Positions 10,469 to 21,865 are shown, numbered from the stretch's first letter. The stretch: 64,000 bases of DNA from Thermoplasmata archaeon (GCA_021792255.1 JAJYUZ010000003.1:137405-201404), one strand, 5' to 3'. The notes: a model not told the origin generated them from the letters alone. Translations and numbers: made by a program.

Positions 10469-11781
10469 ACATCGTGACCAGAGATCCCTATTCTGGAAAG
10501 GTCTTGAAAACTTTTGACGCTGACGATATGGAAACAGCAATAAACAAGATAAGTAGAACAAGGAAGGCTCAGATAGAATGGAAGAAGAGCCTTGAACTGA
10601 GGGTGAATCATTTCAAGGAGATCATCAAACCGAATTTTGAGAAAGGAGCGGATGAGCTAGCTTCCATAATGACCGAAGAAATGGGAAAACCCATTTCACA
10701 AAGCATCGCTGAAGTGAAGAAGAGCATCAAACTTCTTGACTATCTGATAGAGAATGCACAGACTATTTTTTCTGAAGAAGAAATCAAGACCGATGCCTCT
10801 AGAAGTTACATACGATTTGATCCACTCGGAACGATAATGTGTATCGAACCGTGGAACTTTCCGGTGTGGCAGGTGGCGAGGGCGGCCTTCCCAGCAATGA
10901 TTGCAGGAAATGGAGTGGTGCTAAAACATGCAAGCCTCGTTACTGGAGTATCACTCAAACTTCAAGAGTTGATAGATTCGTCAGCCTTCAACAGTCTGAT
11001 AGTAGACGGAAGAACGGCAACTTCTCTGATAAAACACGTCGATGGAATTGCATTCACGGGATCTACAGCAGTAGGGTCCGGAATTGCTGCAGAAGCTGGG
11101 AAAGAACTCAAGCACGTGGTAGCGGAGCTAGGAGGTTCTGATCCTTTCATTATCCTGGACTCGGCTGATCTGAAAGCAGCTGCAAAGGCTGCTACAACCG
11201 GTAGACTTCAGAACAACGGTCAGAGCTGCATTGCATCAAAAAGATTCCTGGTTCAAGATCAGGTGTATGAAGAGTTCAAAGAGCTCACCGCAATTGAATT
11301 TTCCAAAGTCGTTATTGGAGATCCAAAGAAGAAAGATACCTATCTCGGTCCGCTGTCCTCGGAGGAACAGAAACGGCTGGTGGATGGACAAATAAGGTAC
11401 CTTGAAGCCAAGGGAAAAGTCCAGTACCTTGGAGAGGGAGAAGGCAACATCGTACCTCCCATTCTCGCAGAACTCAACGAGAACTATCAGGACGAAATAT
11501 TCGGACCAGTAGCCGTCCTCAGAAAGTTCAAGAACAAAGGGGAAGCCATAAACATCGCAAACGAAACACCATACGGACTCGGAACTTCTATATGGGGTGA
11601 AAAAGAAGATGCAGAGAAGATGGTAGGTGATATTGAAGCAGGGATGGTTTTCATCAACAGCATCGTCTTTTCTGATCCAAGGATCCCCTTCGGTGGAGTT
11701 AAGAAGAGCGGCCTGGGAAGGGAACTTTCTAAATATGGATCTAGGGAATTCACAAACATGAAGACGGTCTGGATCAGTTAG
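10465..11781 (+). CDS. NAD(P)-dependent aldehyde dehydrogenase, succinate-semialdehyde dehydrogenase-like
   Basis: 438 aa ALDH. Motifs: EPWNFP, FTGST, ELGGSDP, NNGQSCIASKR, EIFGPV. ATGA overlap with the upstream aminotransferase. Confidence 0.7.
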   Translation: MNIVTRDPYSGKVLKTFDADDMETAINKISRTRKAQIEWKKSLELRVNHFKEIIKPNFEKGADELASIMTEEMGKPISQSIAEVKKSIKLLDYLIENAQTIFSEEEIKTDASRSYIRFDPLGTIMCIEPWNFPVWQVARAAFPAMIAGNGVVLKHASLVTGVSLKLQELIDSSAFNSLIVDGRTATSLIKHVDGIAFTGSTAVGSGIAAEAGKELKHVVAELGGSDPFIILDSADLKAAAKAATTGRLQNNGQSCIASKRFLVQDQVYEEFKELTAIEFSKVVIGDPKKKDTYLGPLSSEEQKRLVDGQIRYLEAKGKVQYLGEGEGNIVPPILAELNENYQDEIFGPVAVLRKFKNKGEAINIANETPYGLGTSIWGEKEDAEKMVGDIEAGMVFINSIVFSDPRIPFGGVKKSGLGRELSKYGSREFTNMKTVWIS

Positions 11782-12406
11782 TTGAAACCGTTATAGCGTA
11801 ATGTCCCCTATGGAATCTTGAAATGTCCTTTACCTGCTGAACCGAGAACCTCGCCCTTATCTTCTTTATCTCGTCATTGACAGAAAAGTCGCTCCTTAGG
11901 GAGAAAGTCTTGAGCATGAGTATCCCTCTTTGGGACCCGAAATAGTCCATGTTCTTTGCGAAAATATCTATCTGGTTCGGTTGGGAAACGTCCTGATATA
12001 TTATGTCCACTTTATCTACAAACAATCCGTAAGCCTCTGGTTTCTGTGCATCAGAAAGAATGGGAAAGATGTTCTCCTTTATTCCCGAAAGAGAGGCCAA
12101 TTTGATAAAAGGGACCGGCGCAAATTCGACCGCAAATATCGAACCAGTTGAAAGTGAATCGGCGAGGTGAGATGCAGTTGTGCCGGCTCCAGCGCCCAGA
12201 TAAAGCATGTGATCTCCTTTCCTTATATCTGGTCTCAGACCCAGTTTCATTGAAGAGGATAACTTGCTTCGCAGCGGGGAGAAAATTCTAAAGAATTTCC
12301 CCCCTCTGCTTGTAACCTGTTCTCCGTAGATTGAGTTTCCATCTCTTGACTGAGAAAATAGATTTCCCTTGTCTTCGTAAAAATTGGGGACCTGAATTTC
12401 CCTCAT
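11774..12406 (-). CDS. flpA: fibrillarin-like rRNA/tRNA 2'-O-methyltransferase
   Basis: 210 aa. YLGAGAGTTASHLAD SAM motif and IIYQDVSQPNQ. Its start codon shares 1 nt with the PAN stop codon (TGATG). Confidence 0.85.
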   Translation of the reverse strand: MREIQVPNFYEDKGNLFSQSRDGNSIYGEQVTSRGGKFFRIFSPLRSKLSSSMKLGLRPDIRKGDHMLYLGAGAGTTASHLADSLSTGSIFAVEFAPVPFIKLASLSGIKENIFPILSDAQKPEAYGLFVDKVDIIYQDVSQPNQIDIFAKNMDYFGSQRGILMLKTFSLRSDFSVNDEIKKIRARFSVQQVKDISRFHRGHYAITVSTN

Positions 12407-13566
12407 CAGACAAACATCTCTAGGTTTCCTTTTACTTGGGAAGCCTTGTTCCTCTGTACGTTCATCTTTTCGACGCCTTTCATTAGATCTGACTGGATTA
12501 TGTGGTCTCTCCCATCCCTTATCGCAAACATCCCGCTCTCTACCACCGACGCTCTTAGATCTGCGCCAGAGAAACCTTCAGTTATTTCGGTTATCTTCTC
12601 CAGGTTGACCTCTTTTAGATTCATTTTCTTTGTATGAATCTTGAGTATCTCGATTCTCCCTTTCTTGTCAGGGAGGGGAATCTCTATAATTCTGTCAAAT
12701 CTTCCCGGTCTGGTAAGTGCTTCATCTAGTGTATCGGGCCTATTAGTGGCGCCTACTAACTTTATGTTCCCTAATGGTTCAAAGCCATCTATTTCTGCCA
12801 GAAGCTGCATCAATGTTCTCTGCACTTCCCTGTCCCCAGACGTTGAAGAATCGATTCTTCTTGATCCAATTGCGTCAAGCTCATCGATGAAAATGATTGA
12901 GGGTGCCTTCTTTCTCGCAAGATCGAATAACTCTCTTACGAGCCTCGCGCCTTCTCCTATGTACTTCCTTACAAGTTCTGAAGCGACCACCCTAATAAAA
13001 GTCGCATTCGTGTTGTGGGCTACTGCCTTTGCAAGAAGGGTTTTCCCAGTACCTGGAGCCCCCACCAGAAGTACTCCTGTTGGTGGGTCTATCCCCACCT
13101 TCCTGAAAATTTCTGGATTAAGCAAGGGAAGTTCGACCATCTCTTTAATTTCCTTAATCTGTTGCTCTAATGCACCTATGTCGTCGAACATCACGCTCGG
13201 CTTTTCTGATATTTCTGCTGCTACCACGGTTGGATCATACGCCTCTGGAATGACCGATATTACGGAGAGAGTAGCCTTGTTTAGGGCGACCCTCGTTCCT
13301 ACTGTGAGTTTAGAAGTTGGAATGTGCTCCGAAGTATAGACTAAGAAGCTCGGTCCGGTGGAACTCCTGATCACAACTCTTCTCTCATCTATGACGTCCT
13401 CTATCGAACCGATCAGAAGCGGTGGAAGCTTTAACCTGTTCATCTCCTTCTTGAGTCTCTCTATCTCATCCGTCAGCCTCTTGTTCTCAAGCTCTGCATA
13501 TCTCTTCTCCTCCTCAGCCGTTCTGAGTTGCCTGAGAACTTCTTCGACATCGTTGAATTCATCCAC
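12406..13566 (-). CDS. pan: proteasome-activating nucleotidase (AAA+ ATPase)
   Basis: 386 aa. N-terminal coiled coil, OB segment, Walker A GAPGTGKT, Walker B IIFIDELD, second region of homology, GRFDR. Confidence 0.9.
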   Translation of the reverse strand: MDEFNDVEEVLRQLRTAEEEKRYAELENKRLTDEIERLKKEMNRLKLPPLLIGSIEDVIDERRVVIRSSTGPSFLVYTSEHIPTSKLTVGTRVALNKATLSVISVIPEAYDPTVVAAEISEKPSVMFDDIGALEQQIKEIKEMVELPLLNPEIFRKVGIDPPTGVLLVGAPGTGKTLLAKAVAHNTNATFIRVVASELVRKYIGEGARLVRELFDLARKKAPSIIFIDELDAIGSRRIDSSTSGDREVQRTLMQLLAEIDGFEPLGNIKLVGATNRPDTLDEALTRPGRFDRIIEIPLPDKKGRIEILKIHTKKMNLKEVNLEKITEITEGFSGADLRASVVESGMFAIRDGRDHIIQSDLMKGVEKMNVQRNKASQVKGNLEMFV

Positions 13567-13724
13567 GTCGTCGTCTGTCTTCGTCTGCCTTCACCAGCCT
13601 CTAAAACTATCCTCATTATTTAAATGTAATGTATATTCGTTATTTCTGGACCAAATTTTTGCCGCATAATACTGGTTCCTGAAAGACTTTTTGGTTCTTC
13701 AATAACGCAGTGTCGAAGATGTAC

Positions 13725-15071
13725 TCAAGTTCCAGATTTCTTGAGCTGTGATTTTGGAAAGACTTCTCTTTTGGCTGCACTAGTGGCGTAATATAGCACT
13801 GCGGCCACTATAAATCCAATGAAGTAGCTGATATCTATTCCGCCAAGTCCCTTGGATATGAGGAAAGTGTAGTTAAAACTTCCAAGATAAACGTTCATGA
13901 AGGGAACAGAAACTGCCAGACCCACGCAATAAGCGATTATGCCATTCCAATTCAACTTCTTTTCAAAGTTCAGTTTCTGTCTTTTTAGGACTACGAAATC
14001 AATTACTAATATCGCCACCCATGGTGATATCCAATAATCCAGTACTAGAAGGAAAGACTCAAAGAAAGTGTAGAAACCTTTGTAAAATAAAATCGAAAGA
14101 GCCGCTCCCACAACTGCAACTATTCCTACGAACCTTGTCCTGCTCATTTTAATCCCTCCGACCAGACCCGAGAGGGATGCCGAGTAGAGGTTCAGGACGT
14201 TGGCAGCTATCCCGCCGAGTGCTATCGTCATTAGAGATATTTGATAAAAGCGACCAGAGACCGCTATTAGAGATGATGCATAAGAGCCACTGAGGGTTAC
14301 AAATGAAATTACAAGAGCCACGATTTCAACAAAAGTGGTGGAAATAAAAGAGCCTGCAACTGTGCTGGAAAAAACTCTCTTGAGAGAAGTATTTTGAGGC
14401 AAGTAACGGGAATAGTCTGACGCATACGGACCCCAGCTCATCAGGTAGCTGTAAGAAAAGGCTATCATTCCAAAGAAAGAGATGTCAATTTTGGGAAAGG
14501 ACAGAGAAAGTCCAGAAAAATTCTGTAACATCTGATGACTTGGGAAAAATAGGACTTCGACCAGTATTACGAGAAACAGTACCCCAAGGATGTAAGACAG
14601 TACTCTTTCAACCTTGTGAATGAAATTGTAACCGATATATGCCACCACGTAGATGATCAAAACAAATATTGGAATAAGCAGAAGATATGATACCCCGAAA
14701 ATCAAGTACAGTGCCAAAACACTGAGTATGTTGTTCACGATGAACCATCCAACCGTGTTGGATAAATTGATTATTCCAAAAACCCTCATTATGCCATGTC
14801 CCATAGAATTGGTAGTCCCCATCATCTGAGGATAGCCAGTTTTTGGGCCCATTATTGCTGAAAGACCAACTATAATTGCACCAGCAATGTTCCCGATGAC
14901 GATTGAAATAAACGAACTTACAAAGTTCATGCCTAGCGATATCGGGATAAATCCAAGTGCAAAATCAGCAATAGTGAGGTTTGCGGCGAACCAGAGATTA
15001 AAGAGCGAGCTCGATTTGCCGTGCCTAGATTCAGTAGGTATTCTTTGTATCCCGATACTTTCGAGAGTCAC
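13725..15071 (-). CDS. NCS1 family permease (purine/cytosine/hydantoin-type transporter)
   Basis: 448 aa with about 12 TM. The N-terminal ..IPTESRHGKSSSLFNLWFAANL.. pattern is typical of CodB/NCS1. Confidence 0.7.
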   Translation of the reverse strand: MTLESIGIQRIPTESRHGKSSSLFNLWFAANLTIADFALGFIPISLGMNFVSSFISIVIGNIAGAIIVGLSAIMGPKTGYPQMMGTTNSMGHGIMRVFGIINLSNTVGWFIVNNILSVLALYLIFGVSYLLLIPIFVLIIYVVAYIGYNFIHKVERVLSYILGVLFLVILVEVLFFPSHQMLQNFSGLSLSFPKIDISFFGMIAFSYSYLMSWGPYASDYSRYLPQNTSLKRVFSSTVAGSFISTTFVEIVALVISFVTLSGSYASSLIAVSGRFYQISLMTIALGGIAANVLNLYSASLSGLVGGIKMSRTRFVGIVAVVGAALSILFYKGFYTFFESFLLVLDYWISPWVAILVIDFVVLKRQKLNFEKKLNWNGIIAYCVGLAVSVPFMNVYLGSFNYTFLISKGLGGIDISYFIGFIVAAVLYYATSAAKREVFPKSQLKKSGT

Positions 15072-15100
15072 TCTCGAACATATGTTCGTGCTCTAAAAAC

Positions 15101-15499
15101 TTACTCGTTGAGAATAAACCAGGAACCAGTTCCATATGAGCAAAGTTTTCCGTCACCGTCGAATACTTCAACCTTTGCGACGCAAATGTTTCTTCCCTTT
15201 CTTATGACCTGGCCTACCGCCCTTGCTGGTGATTTGACCAGTGGGGACAGGAAGTTGACGTGAAGGTCTGTAGTCACCTGATTTTTTCTAGTCGTCGATA
15301 AAACCGCACTACCTCCGGCCATGTCTATCATCGAACAAATAACACCACCGTTTGCGATATTGCCCAGTCTCATATGCCTTCCTTCCAAATCGAGCGTCGA
15401 CTCTGCTTTCCCTTCTTCAAGGATTTTTGTCTTTATACCAATAGAGGTCATAAATGGGTCTCTGTTTAGCATCTGTTCCATGACTTCCTGTTCATCCAT
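15101..15499 (-). CDS. PaaI/hotdog-fold thioesterase
   Basis: The ORF is open to 15550, but ATG 15499 (MDEQEV..) avoids overlap with the divergent gene. It has a NIANGGVICSMIDMAGG motif and a hotdog-like C-terminus. Confidence 0.6.
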   Translation of the reverse strand: MDEQEVMEQMLNRDPFMTSIGIKTKILEEGKAESTLDLEGRHMRLGNIANGGVICSMIDMAGGSAVLSTTRKNQVTTDLHVNFLSPLVKSPARAVGQVIRKGRNICVAKVEVFDGDGKLCSYGTGSWFILNE

Positions 15500-15535
15500 A
15501 AATCGAAATAGATTACTGCTATATATACAGGATTT

Positions 15536-16153
15536 ATGGGGAAGGAGCAAAAGAAATCGTGGAACAGAGAATACAGGTTGAGAGGAAGGTTGTGGAGAGG
15601 AGAACTAAAAGAAAAGGAAATTTTCGACCAGGCGCTTCTTCCTGGACGGACCCTTGACAACGGTTGCGGAAACGGGAAAGGAACTCCTTCAATAAAGAGT
15701 GTTGTTGGTCTTGACTTCTCCCCTTTTGCACTCTCCTTGTATGGACACGAGCTTAGAGTTCTGGGAGAGATAGTCTCTCTCCCTTTCAAAGACGGGGCAT
15801 TTTCAAATGTACTCTTCATCCACTCTCTGGATCATCTGGACGAGAAAGAAAGGCGAATCGCGCTTGAAGAAGCATCCAGGGTCTTGAGGGAGGATGGTAG
15901 GGTCGTTGCCAGGGTATTCTCAAGGCTCGACTTCAGGTACGGAAAGGGGCGAGAAATCGAAGAAGGCACCTTTCTGCGCGGAAACAAGATCCAGACTCAC
16001 TATTTTGATAAAGAAGAGTTTCTCAATCAACGACATTTTATAATTTCCAAAATCATGGATATAGATTATGACATAATTATACAAAACAGGAAATTTTATA
16101 GGAGAGAGTTTATTATAATTTTGGTTAAATATAAATCAGAAAATATCCAATAA
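15536..16153 (+). CDS. class I SAM-dependent methyltransferase
   Basis: 205 aa. Motif I LDNGCGNGKG, a post-I acidic residue (GLDFS), and a SLPFKDGAFSNVLFIHSLDHL segment. Confidence 0.65.
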   Translation: MGKEQKKSWNREYRLRGRLWRGELKEKEIFDQALLPGRTLDNGCGNGKGTPSIKSVVGLDFSPFALSLYGHELRVLGEIVSLPFKDGAFSNVLFIHSLDHLDEKERRIALEEASRVLREDGRVVARVFSRLDFRYGKGREIEEGTFLRGNKIQTHYFDKEEFLNQRHFIISKIMDIDYDIIIQNRKFYRREFIIILVKYKSENIQ

Positions 16154-16230
16154 TATTGCGTCGAACAGCCTTATAAATGCATCGCCCCCAAATCATATAT
16201 ATATACGTTAAACGTATAGGTTAAGAGGTT

Positions 16231-18228
16231 ATGGAAGACTATACAGCAAAGGACATTGTAGTGCTTGAAGGACTGAAAGCGGTCAGAAAGAGACCAGCCA
16301 TGTATATTGGAAGCACGGACGTACGGGGCCTGCATCAGCTTCTGTACGAGGTTATGGACAATAGTGTCGATGAAGCAATGGGTGGATATTGTAAGAACAT
16401 CTTCGTCACAGTAAAGGGAAAAACTGTCACCATTGAAGACGATGGAAGGGGGATACCTGTAGATATACACCCAAAATACAACAAGTCCGCCCTTGAGATT
16501 GTTCTAACAGAATTGCATTCTGGTGCAAAATTTGAACAAAAAGTCTACAAAGTATCCGGCGGACTCCACGGAGTCGGTGTTCACGTCGTAAATGCCTTAT
16601 CGTCAAGTTTTGAGATATTTGTCAAGAGAGAAGGTTTTGTCTATCATCAGGGTTATTCGAAGGGAGAGAAACTCACCCCAGTCGAAAAAGTTGGAAAGAT
16701 AGAAGACAATAAAGTCAGCTGGACCAGAGCAATAAGTACGAGTTTCCATTTCAATTCTCGAACTGGAACCCTAATAAGTTTCGAGCCCGATGAAACAATA
16801 ATGGAAACAGCTGAATATTCGCTGGAAACTGTCAGGGGAAGAATTGAGGAATTGTCCTATCTGAACAAGGGCCTTACCATCACACTGGATTGGAACGGCG
16901 AGATTGTTACCTATCAGCATCAGGGCGGAATAGAAGAGATGGTCAGGAACATGAACAAGGGCAAGGAGACCCTGCACGATGAAGTGATCTATGGCCAGGT
17001 AAAGTTTAATGGAGAGATGAAGGACGTTTCGAAGAGCAATAAAAACGGCAGCGAGGAATCTAAAGATGGCTTCGAGCATCCCAGCACGTACATCGAGTTT
17101 GCCATTCAGTACAACGAGACCGTCAGCGAGAACCTTCTCGCTTTTGCTAATGATATCAACACCAGGGAGGGAGGAACGCACGTATCTGGATTCAAAGGCG
17201 CTCTGACTAAAGTACTAAACGACGAGGCGAAGAATCAAGAGATAATTCAATCGGATAATTTCTTTAACGGTGAGGACGTGAGGGAGGGACTCACAGCAGT
17301 TATAAGTGTCAAGATACCCGAACCTCAATTCGAAGGACAAACGAAAGAAAAACTCGGAAATAGCAATGTCAAGGGTATGGTCTTCAGTGGTGTCGTCGAC
17401 CACCTGAAGAGATACTTCGAGGACCATCCAAAGGTTTCTGAGATCATCTGTAAGAAAGCCTTCCAGGCTGCAGAAGCGAGGGAAGCAGCGAGGAATGCTA
17501 GAGAGATGGTGAGATCTAGGTCCTCCCTCAATGCCACCCTTCCGGGAAAGTTGGCAGACTGTACGCTAGAAGATCCAGAGAAGACAGAACTATACATCGT
17601 AGAAGGAGACTCGGCTGCAGGACCTGCAAAGCAGGGCAGGGACAGATCATATCAGGCCATATTACCCCTAAGGGGAAAGATTCTGAACGTAGAGAAAGCC
17701 GGGTGGGACAAGATTCTGAAAAACAACGAAGTGAAAAACTTGTTTTCAGCAATTAATATGGGACCGAACGATCCCTATGATCCCAAAAAACTGAGGTATG
17801 GGAAAATCATTTTCATGACCGATGCCGATGTGGATGGAAGTCACATCAGGACTCTCCTGCTCACCTTGTTCTACAGGCATCTTAAGGAGCTGATAGTAAA
17901 CGGTCACGTGTTCATAGCAGTTGTTCCCCTATTCAGGGTTCAAAAAGGAACCACCGTGAAGTACATCTATACGGAAAAGGAAAAAGATGCTTTAGTGAAA
18001 CAGCTGTCAAACCCCATAGTGCAAAGATTCAAGGGACTTGGCGAGATGAATGCCGATCAACTCTGGGAAACGGCAATGAATCCAGAAACCAGGAAACTGG
18101 TAAGAGTGCAGATAGAAGATGCCCAACAAGCAGATTCCCTGTTCACTCTGCTGATGGGTGAGCAAGTAGAGCCTAGAAGGGATTACATAATGGCTCACGC
18201 AACTGAAGCTCAGAACATCGATGTGTGA
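16231..18228 (+). CDS. gyrB: DNA gyrase subunit B
   Basis: 665 aa. GHKL ATPase ([32 protein letters not shown]), Toprim ([25 protein letters not shown]), and [10 protein letters not shown]. Confidence 0.95.
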   Translation: MEDYTAKDIVVLEGLKAVRKRPAMYIGSTDVRGLHQLLYEVMDNSVDEAMGGYCKNIFVTVKGKTVTIEDDGRGIPVDIHPKYNKSALEIVLTELHSGAKFEQKVYKVSGGLHGVGVHVVNALSSSFEIFVKREGFVYHQGYSKGEKLTPVEKVGKIEDNKVSWTRAISTSFHFNSRTGTLISFEPDETIMETAEYSLETVRGRIEELSYLNKGLTITLDWNGEIVTYQHQGGIEEMVRNMNKGKETLHDEVIYGQVKFNGEMKDVSKSNKNGSEESKDGFEHPSTYIEFAIQYNETVSENLLAFANDINTREGGTHVSGFKGALTKVLNDEAKNQEIIQSDNFFNGEDVREGLTAVISVKIPEPQFEGQTKEKLGNSNVKGMVFSGVVDHLKRYFEDHPKVSEIICKKAFQAAEAREAARNAREMVRSRSSLNATLPGKLADCTLEDPEKTELYIVEGDSAAGPAKQGRDRSYQAILPLRGKILNVEKAGWDKILKNNEVKNLFSAINMGPNDPYDPKKLRYGKIIFMTDADVDGSHIRTLLLTLFYRHLKELIVNGHVFIAVVPLFRVQKGTTVKYIYTEKEKDALVKQLSNPIVQRFKGLGEMNADQLWETAMNPETRKLVRVQIEDAQQADSLFTLLMGEQVEPRRDYIMAHATEAQNIDV

Positions 18229-20606
18229 TTTTCATGATTGAAAACAGAGCTATTGAAAAGGAGATGAAAGACTCCTACCTGGATTACGCGATGAGCGTGA
18301 TTCTTGCCAGAGCGATACCCGATGTAAGGGACGGGCTAAAGCCCGTGCAAAGAAGAATTCTTTACTCGATGTACGAGATGGGGGTCACCTTTGACAAGCC
18401 TTACAGGAAGTCCGCAAGGATCGTTGGAGAGGTCATGGGTAAGTATCATCCTCACGGCGATTCGGCAATTTATTCTGCGCTGGCTAGAATGGCACAAGAT
18501 TTCTCTCTGCGTTACACGTTAGTAGAGGGTCAAGGCAACTGGGGCTCGCGCGACGGGGATCCACCGGCCGCCATGAGGTACACCGAAGCTAGATTGAGTA
18601 AGATATCAAACGAAATGCTAGCTGATATCGAGTACGAAACCGTAGATTTCTCTTTGACCTTCGACGGAACACTCAAGGAACCGTTATGCCTCCCCTCCAA
18701 GATCCCTAACATTCTGTTGAACGGAACCTCGGGAATTGCGGTCGGTATGGCGACAAACATGCCTCCTCACAATTTAGGGGAAATAGTAGATGGATTGATA
18801 CTGCTGATCAAAAACAAAGAGGCTGGGATCGAGGATCTCTTGAAGATAGTTAATGGCCCGGATTTTCCTACCGGAGGGATTATTCTAGGCAAGAAGGGAA
18901 TTATCGATGCATACAGCACCGGAAGGGGCAAGTTTGACCTAAGAGCCAAGGCAGAGATAGAAAAGAACGAGATAATTTTCTCCGAAGTTCCTTACGAGGT
19001 CAACAAGTCCGAACTGCTGAGCAAGATTGCCGAACTTTCGAAGAACGACGTGATCGATGGTATATCTAACATAAAAGATGAGAGCAACAAGGATGGAATC
19101 AGGATCGTAGTAAAAGTCAAGAATGACTTCAACCCAGAGATCACTTTGAATCAGATATATGAGCATACCCAGGCTCAGGTATCGTACGGAATCATCAACC
19201 TCGTTCTCGTGAACAACGTTCCCAGAACCATGGGACTCAAGGAAATGATGGTCGAGTATCTGAACCACAGGGAGCTGGTCGTAAGAAGGAGAACCGAATT
19301 CTTTCTAAAAAAGGCCAGAGAAAGAGAGCACATCCTGGAAGCTCTTCTCAAGGCTCTGAATGCAATCGATCTTACCATAAAGATTATCAGGTCATCCAAG
19401 GAAGTGAAGGACGCGAGAGAGGGGCTGAAGAAACAGTTCTCACTGGACGATCTACAAGCAAATGCTATCCTCGACACGAAATTGCAAAAGTTGACTGGAA
19501 TGGAGATTGCCGATCTCAAGAATGAGATGAAGGAGATTGAGGACAAAATAAAGCACTACATCGATCTCCTAAAGAATGAGGACAAAAGATGGGATCTGAT
19601 AATCGAAGAGTTGGAAGAAGTCAAAGAAAAATATGGGGACTCCAGAAAGACAGAAATCACTGAGTCTTACGTCGAAACTACAGAAGAGGAGCTTATTCCT
19701 CACGAAACTGATACCATCGTTCTTACCGAAGACAACAGGATAAGTCGTATTGAAGCAGATACCTTCTCCGCTCAGAAGAGGGGAGGCAAGGGTGTGTTCA
19801 CTGGCTCTTCCGAGAGTGAGATCAAACAACTGATAACTTGTGACTCCCACGACAGGGTATTCTTCTTCTCTGACAACGGTAAGGTGTTCCAAATGAAAGC
19901 TTACACCATTCCCAAAGGGGAGAGAAGATCAAGGGCGAAACTGATCTCCGCCGTTTTCGATAACATGAAGGGGAGAATTGTTTTCATAATGAGTGAGAAG
20001 GGGGGAGAAGGCAAGAAATATCTTCTCTTTGTGACCGAAAGAGGGAGGGTAAAGAAGACCGAGATTTCTCAGTTTATGAACATCAGGTCAAATGGCCTGA
20101 TCGCCCTGAAGCTTAGACCGGGAGATCTGCTGAAGGACGTGTTCGTCACCTCTGGCGATGAAAAAATCGCACTGCTCTCGACGGACGGAAGATTGGTCCT
20201 GGTCGAGGAGCGGGAATTCAGATCGATGGGCAGGGCAGCCTCTGGGGTCACTGGTATAAGATTCAAGGGAGAAAACAAGGTCGCAAGCGATGCAACAATA
20301 ACCACAGAAGACATGATCGTGATAGCCGAAAGAGGACTTGGAAAGAGAGTGAACGTAGGAGACTTTTCGATGAGACACCGCGGCGCTAAGGGAATGAGGG
20401 CTATCAAGATTACTGAAAGAACTGGAAGGCCAATTTATGTCTCATCCATTGAAGATACTGACGAGCTCTTGATCATTACCAGGAACGGAAAAACAATTCG
20501 CACGGCAGTGGCTTCTATTCCACAGAAGGGAAGGAACGCCCAGGGAGTCAAGCTTATAGGTCTGGATGAGGGAGATCTGGTGGCTTCTGTCACTCGGATC
20601 TCTTGA
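18225..20606 (+). CDS. gyrA: DNA gyrase subunit A
   Basis: 793 aa. [16 protein letters not shown], active-site context AMRYTEARL, and C-terminal beta-pinwheel repeats. GTGA overlap with gyrB; an alternative ATG lies at 18234. Confidence 0.95.
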   Translation: MIFMIENRAIEKEMKDSYLDYAMSVILARAIPDVRDGLKPVQRRILYSMYEMGVTFDKPYRKSARIVGEVMGKYHPHGDSAIYSALARMAQDFSLRYTLVEGQGNWGSRDGDPPAAMRYTEARLSKISNEMLADIEYETVDFSLTFDGTLKEPLCLPSKIPNILLNGTSGIAVGMATNMPPHNLGEIVDGLILLIKNKEAGIEDLLKIVNGPDFPTGGIILGKKGIIDAYSTGRGKFDLRAKAEIEKNEIIFSEVPYEVNKSELLSKIAELSKNDVIDGISNIKDESNKDGIRIVVKVKNDFNPEITLNQIYEHTQAQVSYGIINLVLVNNVPRTMGLKEMMVEYLNHRELVVRRRTEFFLKKAREREHILEALLKALNAIDLTIKIIRSSKEVKDAREGLKKQFSLDDLQANAILDTKLQKLTGMEIADLKNEMKEIEDKIKHYIDLLKNEDKRWDLIIEELEEVKEKYGDSRKTEITESYVETTEEELIPHETDTIVLTEDNRISRIEADTFSAQKRGGKGVFTGSSESEIKQLITCDSHDRVFFFSDNGKVFQMKAYTIPKGERRSRAKLISAVFDNMKGRIVFIMSEKGGEGKKYLLFVTERGRVKKTEISQFMNIRSNGLIALKLRPGDLLKDVFVTSGDEKIALLSTDGRLVLVEEREFRSMGRAASGVTGIRFKGENKVASDATITTEDMIVIAERGLGKRVNVGDFSMRHRGAKGMRAIKITERTGRPIYVSSIEDTDELLIITRNGKTIRTAVASIPQKGRNAQGVKLIGLDEGDLVASVTRIS

Positions 20607-21474
20607 ATATACCCGCACTAGTGGTAGAGGTATCGAATACCATTACGTTCATTTCCTTCAATTTCTTTATGAGTTTCTCCTTTTCTCTTGGAATTATGAC
20701 TACTGCTCCCCCTCCCCCTGCGCCGGTGAGCTTCGCACCATAGCCATACTCCCTTCCGACTGAAACTATTCTTTCGATTTGGTCCGTGGATATTCCGAAT
20801 ACCTTGAGTTCGGAGTGGTTCTCGTTCATCAATTCCCCAATATTTGCTGCATCCCCTTTCATTACCGCTTTTACCCCGTCCTCCGTTATGCTGCCTATCC
20901 TGTTCATTATGTCCTTCGCGAACTTGCCCCGCTCGTAGAACTTTCTCACCTTAGCTACTTGCTCCTTCGTCGATCCCTTTGAACCGGAGTACACGATCAC
21001 CATTTCGGTGTTTCTCGTCGGGACACTGGAAAAATTCCAAGAAATTCCGTTCTTTTCTATCTTCCACAGTGGAACTCCCTCTTTTCCGTTTGTCAAGACA
21101 AATCCTCCGGCCGCTATTGTGGTAGTATCAATTGGGGAGCCCAGACCCTGAGTTTCGTATTCGATGTTGAATGCCTCGTTGGCCAACTTTTCCTTTGTGT
21201 AATCTCTCTCACTGAGCAGTATGCTTGTTATGATCATTGAAGAGGTTCCGAGCCCCGATCCCGAAGGAACGTTCGTTTCCACCTTAACGTAAACATTACT
21301 CAGACCAAGATAAGACAGGGTTTTCTGAACGAATGGCGTGTACTGGAGCCCGCTCCTGCTGGGAACGAGATAGATTTTGGCGAAGAGGTCTACTGTAGCA
21401 GATAGTGCGGGGTAACCGTACACTACTGCGTGTTCACCGAATAAAATTACCTTGTGCGGCGAGTAAACTACCAT
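20590..21474 (-). CDS. mvk: mevalonate kinase (GHMP kinase family)
   Basis: 294 aa. Motifs: [32 protein letters not shown]. The 3' end overlaps the gyrA 3' end by 17 nt (convergent). Confidence 0.75.
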   Translation of the reverse strand: MVVYSPHKVILFGEHAVVYGYPALSATVDLFAKIYLVPSRSGLQYTPFVQKTLSYLGLSNVYVKVETNVPSGSGLGTSSMIITSILLSERDYTKEKLANEAFNIEYETQGLGSPIDTTTIAAGGFVLTNGKEGVPLWKIEKNGISWNFSSVPTRNTEMVIVYSGSKGSTKEQVAKVRKFYERGKFAKDIMNRIGSITEDGVKAVMKGDAANIGELMNENHSELKVFGISTDQIERIVSVGREYGYGAKLTGAGGGGAVVIIPREKEKLIKKLKEMNVMVFDTSTTSAGIFKRSE

Positions 21475-21478
21475 TAGC

Positions 21479-21865
21479 TCATTTAAGAGATACTGGTTGA
21501 CTTTGACTATCGTCCTTCTGGGCTACGACCGCCGTTCCATATGCTAAAACTTCTGACATCGTTTGTCCGATCTCTGATGAATCGAATCTCACTTCGATGA
21601 CCGCATTAGCACCAAGACTCTTCGCGTGTTGTTTGAGCCTTTCGAGCGCTTCGAACCTGCTCTGGTCGAGCATTTCTGTGTATTCCTTAATTTCTCCACC
21701 CGCAATCGTCCTAAGTCCAGCAATGACATTACCTCCCAGTCCTCTGGATCTGACTATCAGCCCCCATGTGAACCCTATAACGCTCGTTATTTTGTATCCA
21801 GGTATGTAGGGAGTACTTACGACTACCAAGTCAGCTGTTGAAGGATTGTAGCTTCCACTGAACAT
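21479..21865 (-). CDS. YbjQ/UPF0145 family protein
   Basis: 128 aa with a typical YbjQ pattern (..GGNVIAGLRTIAGGEIKEYTEML..AR..A...L...A..LGANAVI.VRFD). Located 4 nt upstream of mvk. Confidence 0.65.
   Translation of the reverse strand: MFSGSYNPSTADLVVVSTPYIPGYKITSVIGFTWGLIVRSRGLGGNVIAGLRTIAGGEIKEYTEMLDQSRFEALERLKQHAKSLGANAVIEVRFDSSEIGQTMSEVLAYGTAVVAQKDDSQSQPVSLK

Noticed and set aside
12641-13339. 232-aa plus-strand ORF inside the PAN gene. Similar long antisense ORFs occur at 22089-22739 (thermosome), 37165-37713 (ACS fusion), 40713-41189 (etfA), 51044-51559, 54416-54868, 54923-55612, 55831-56256 and 56919-57530 (cluster genes).
   Set aside because: All lie antisense to or out of frame with genes that carry strong family motifs. 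Their translations are low-complexity S/P/L/I-rich strings without motifs. They are typical shadow ORFs.
20590-20606. Convergent 3'-end overlaps (gyrA/mvk 17 nt; ALDH/fibrillarin 8 nt at 11774-11781) as possible regulatory antisense arrangements
   Set aside because: Short convergent overlaps are common in compact archaeal genomes, and nothing else in the sequence singles these out.
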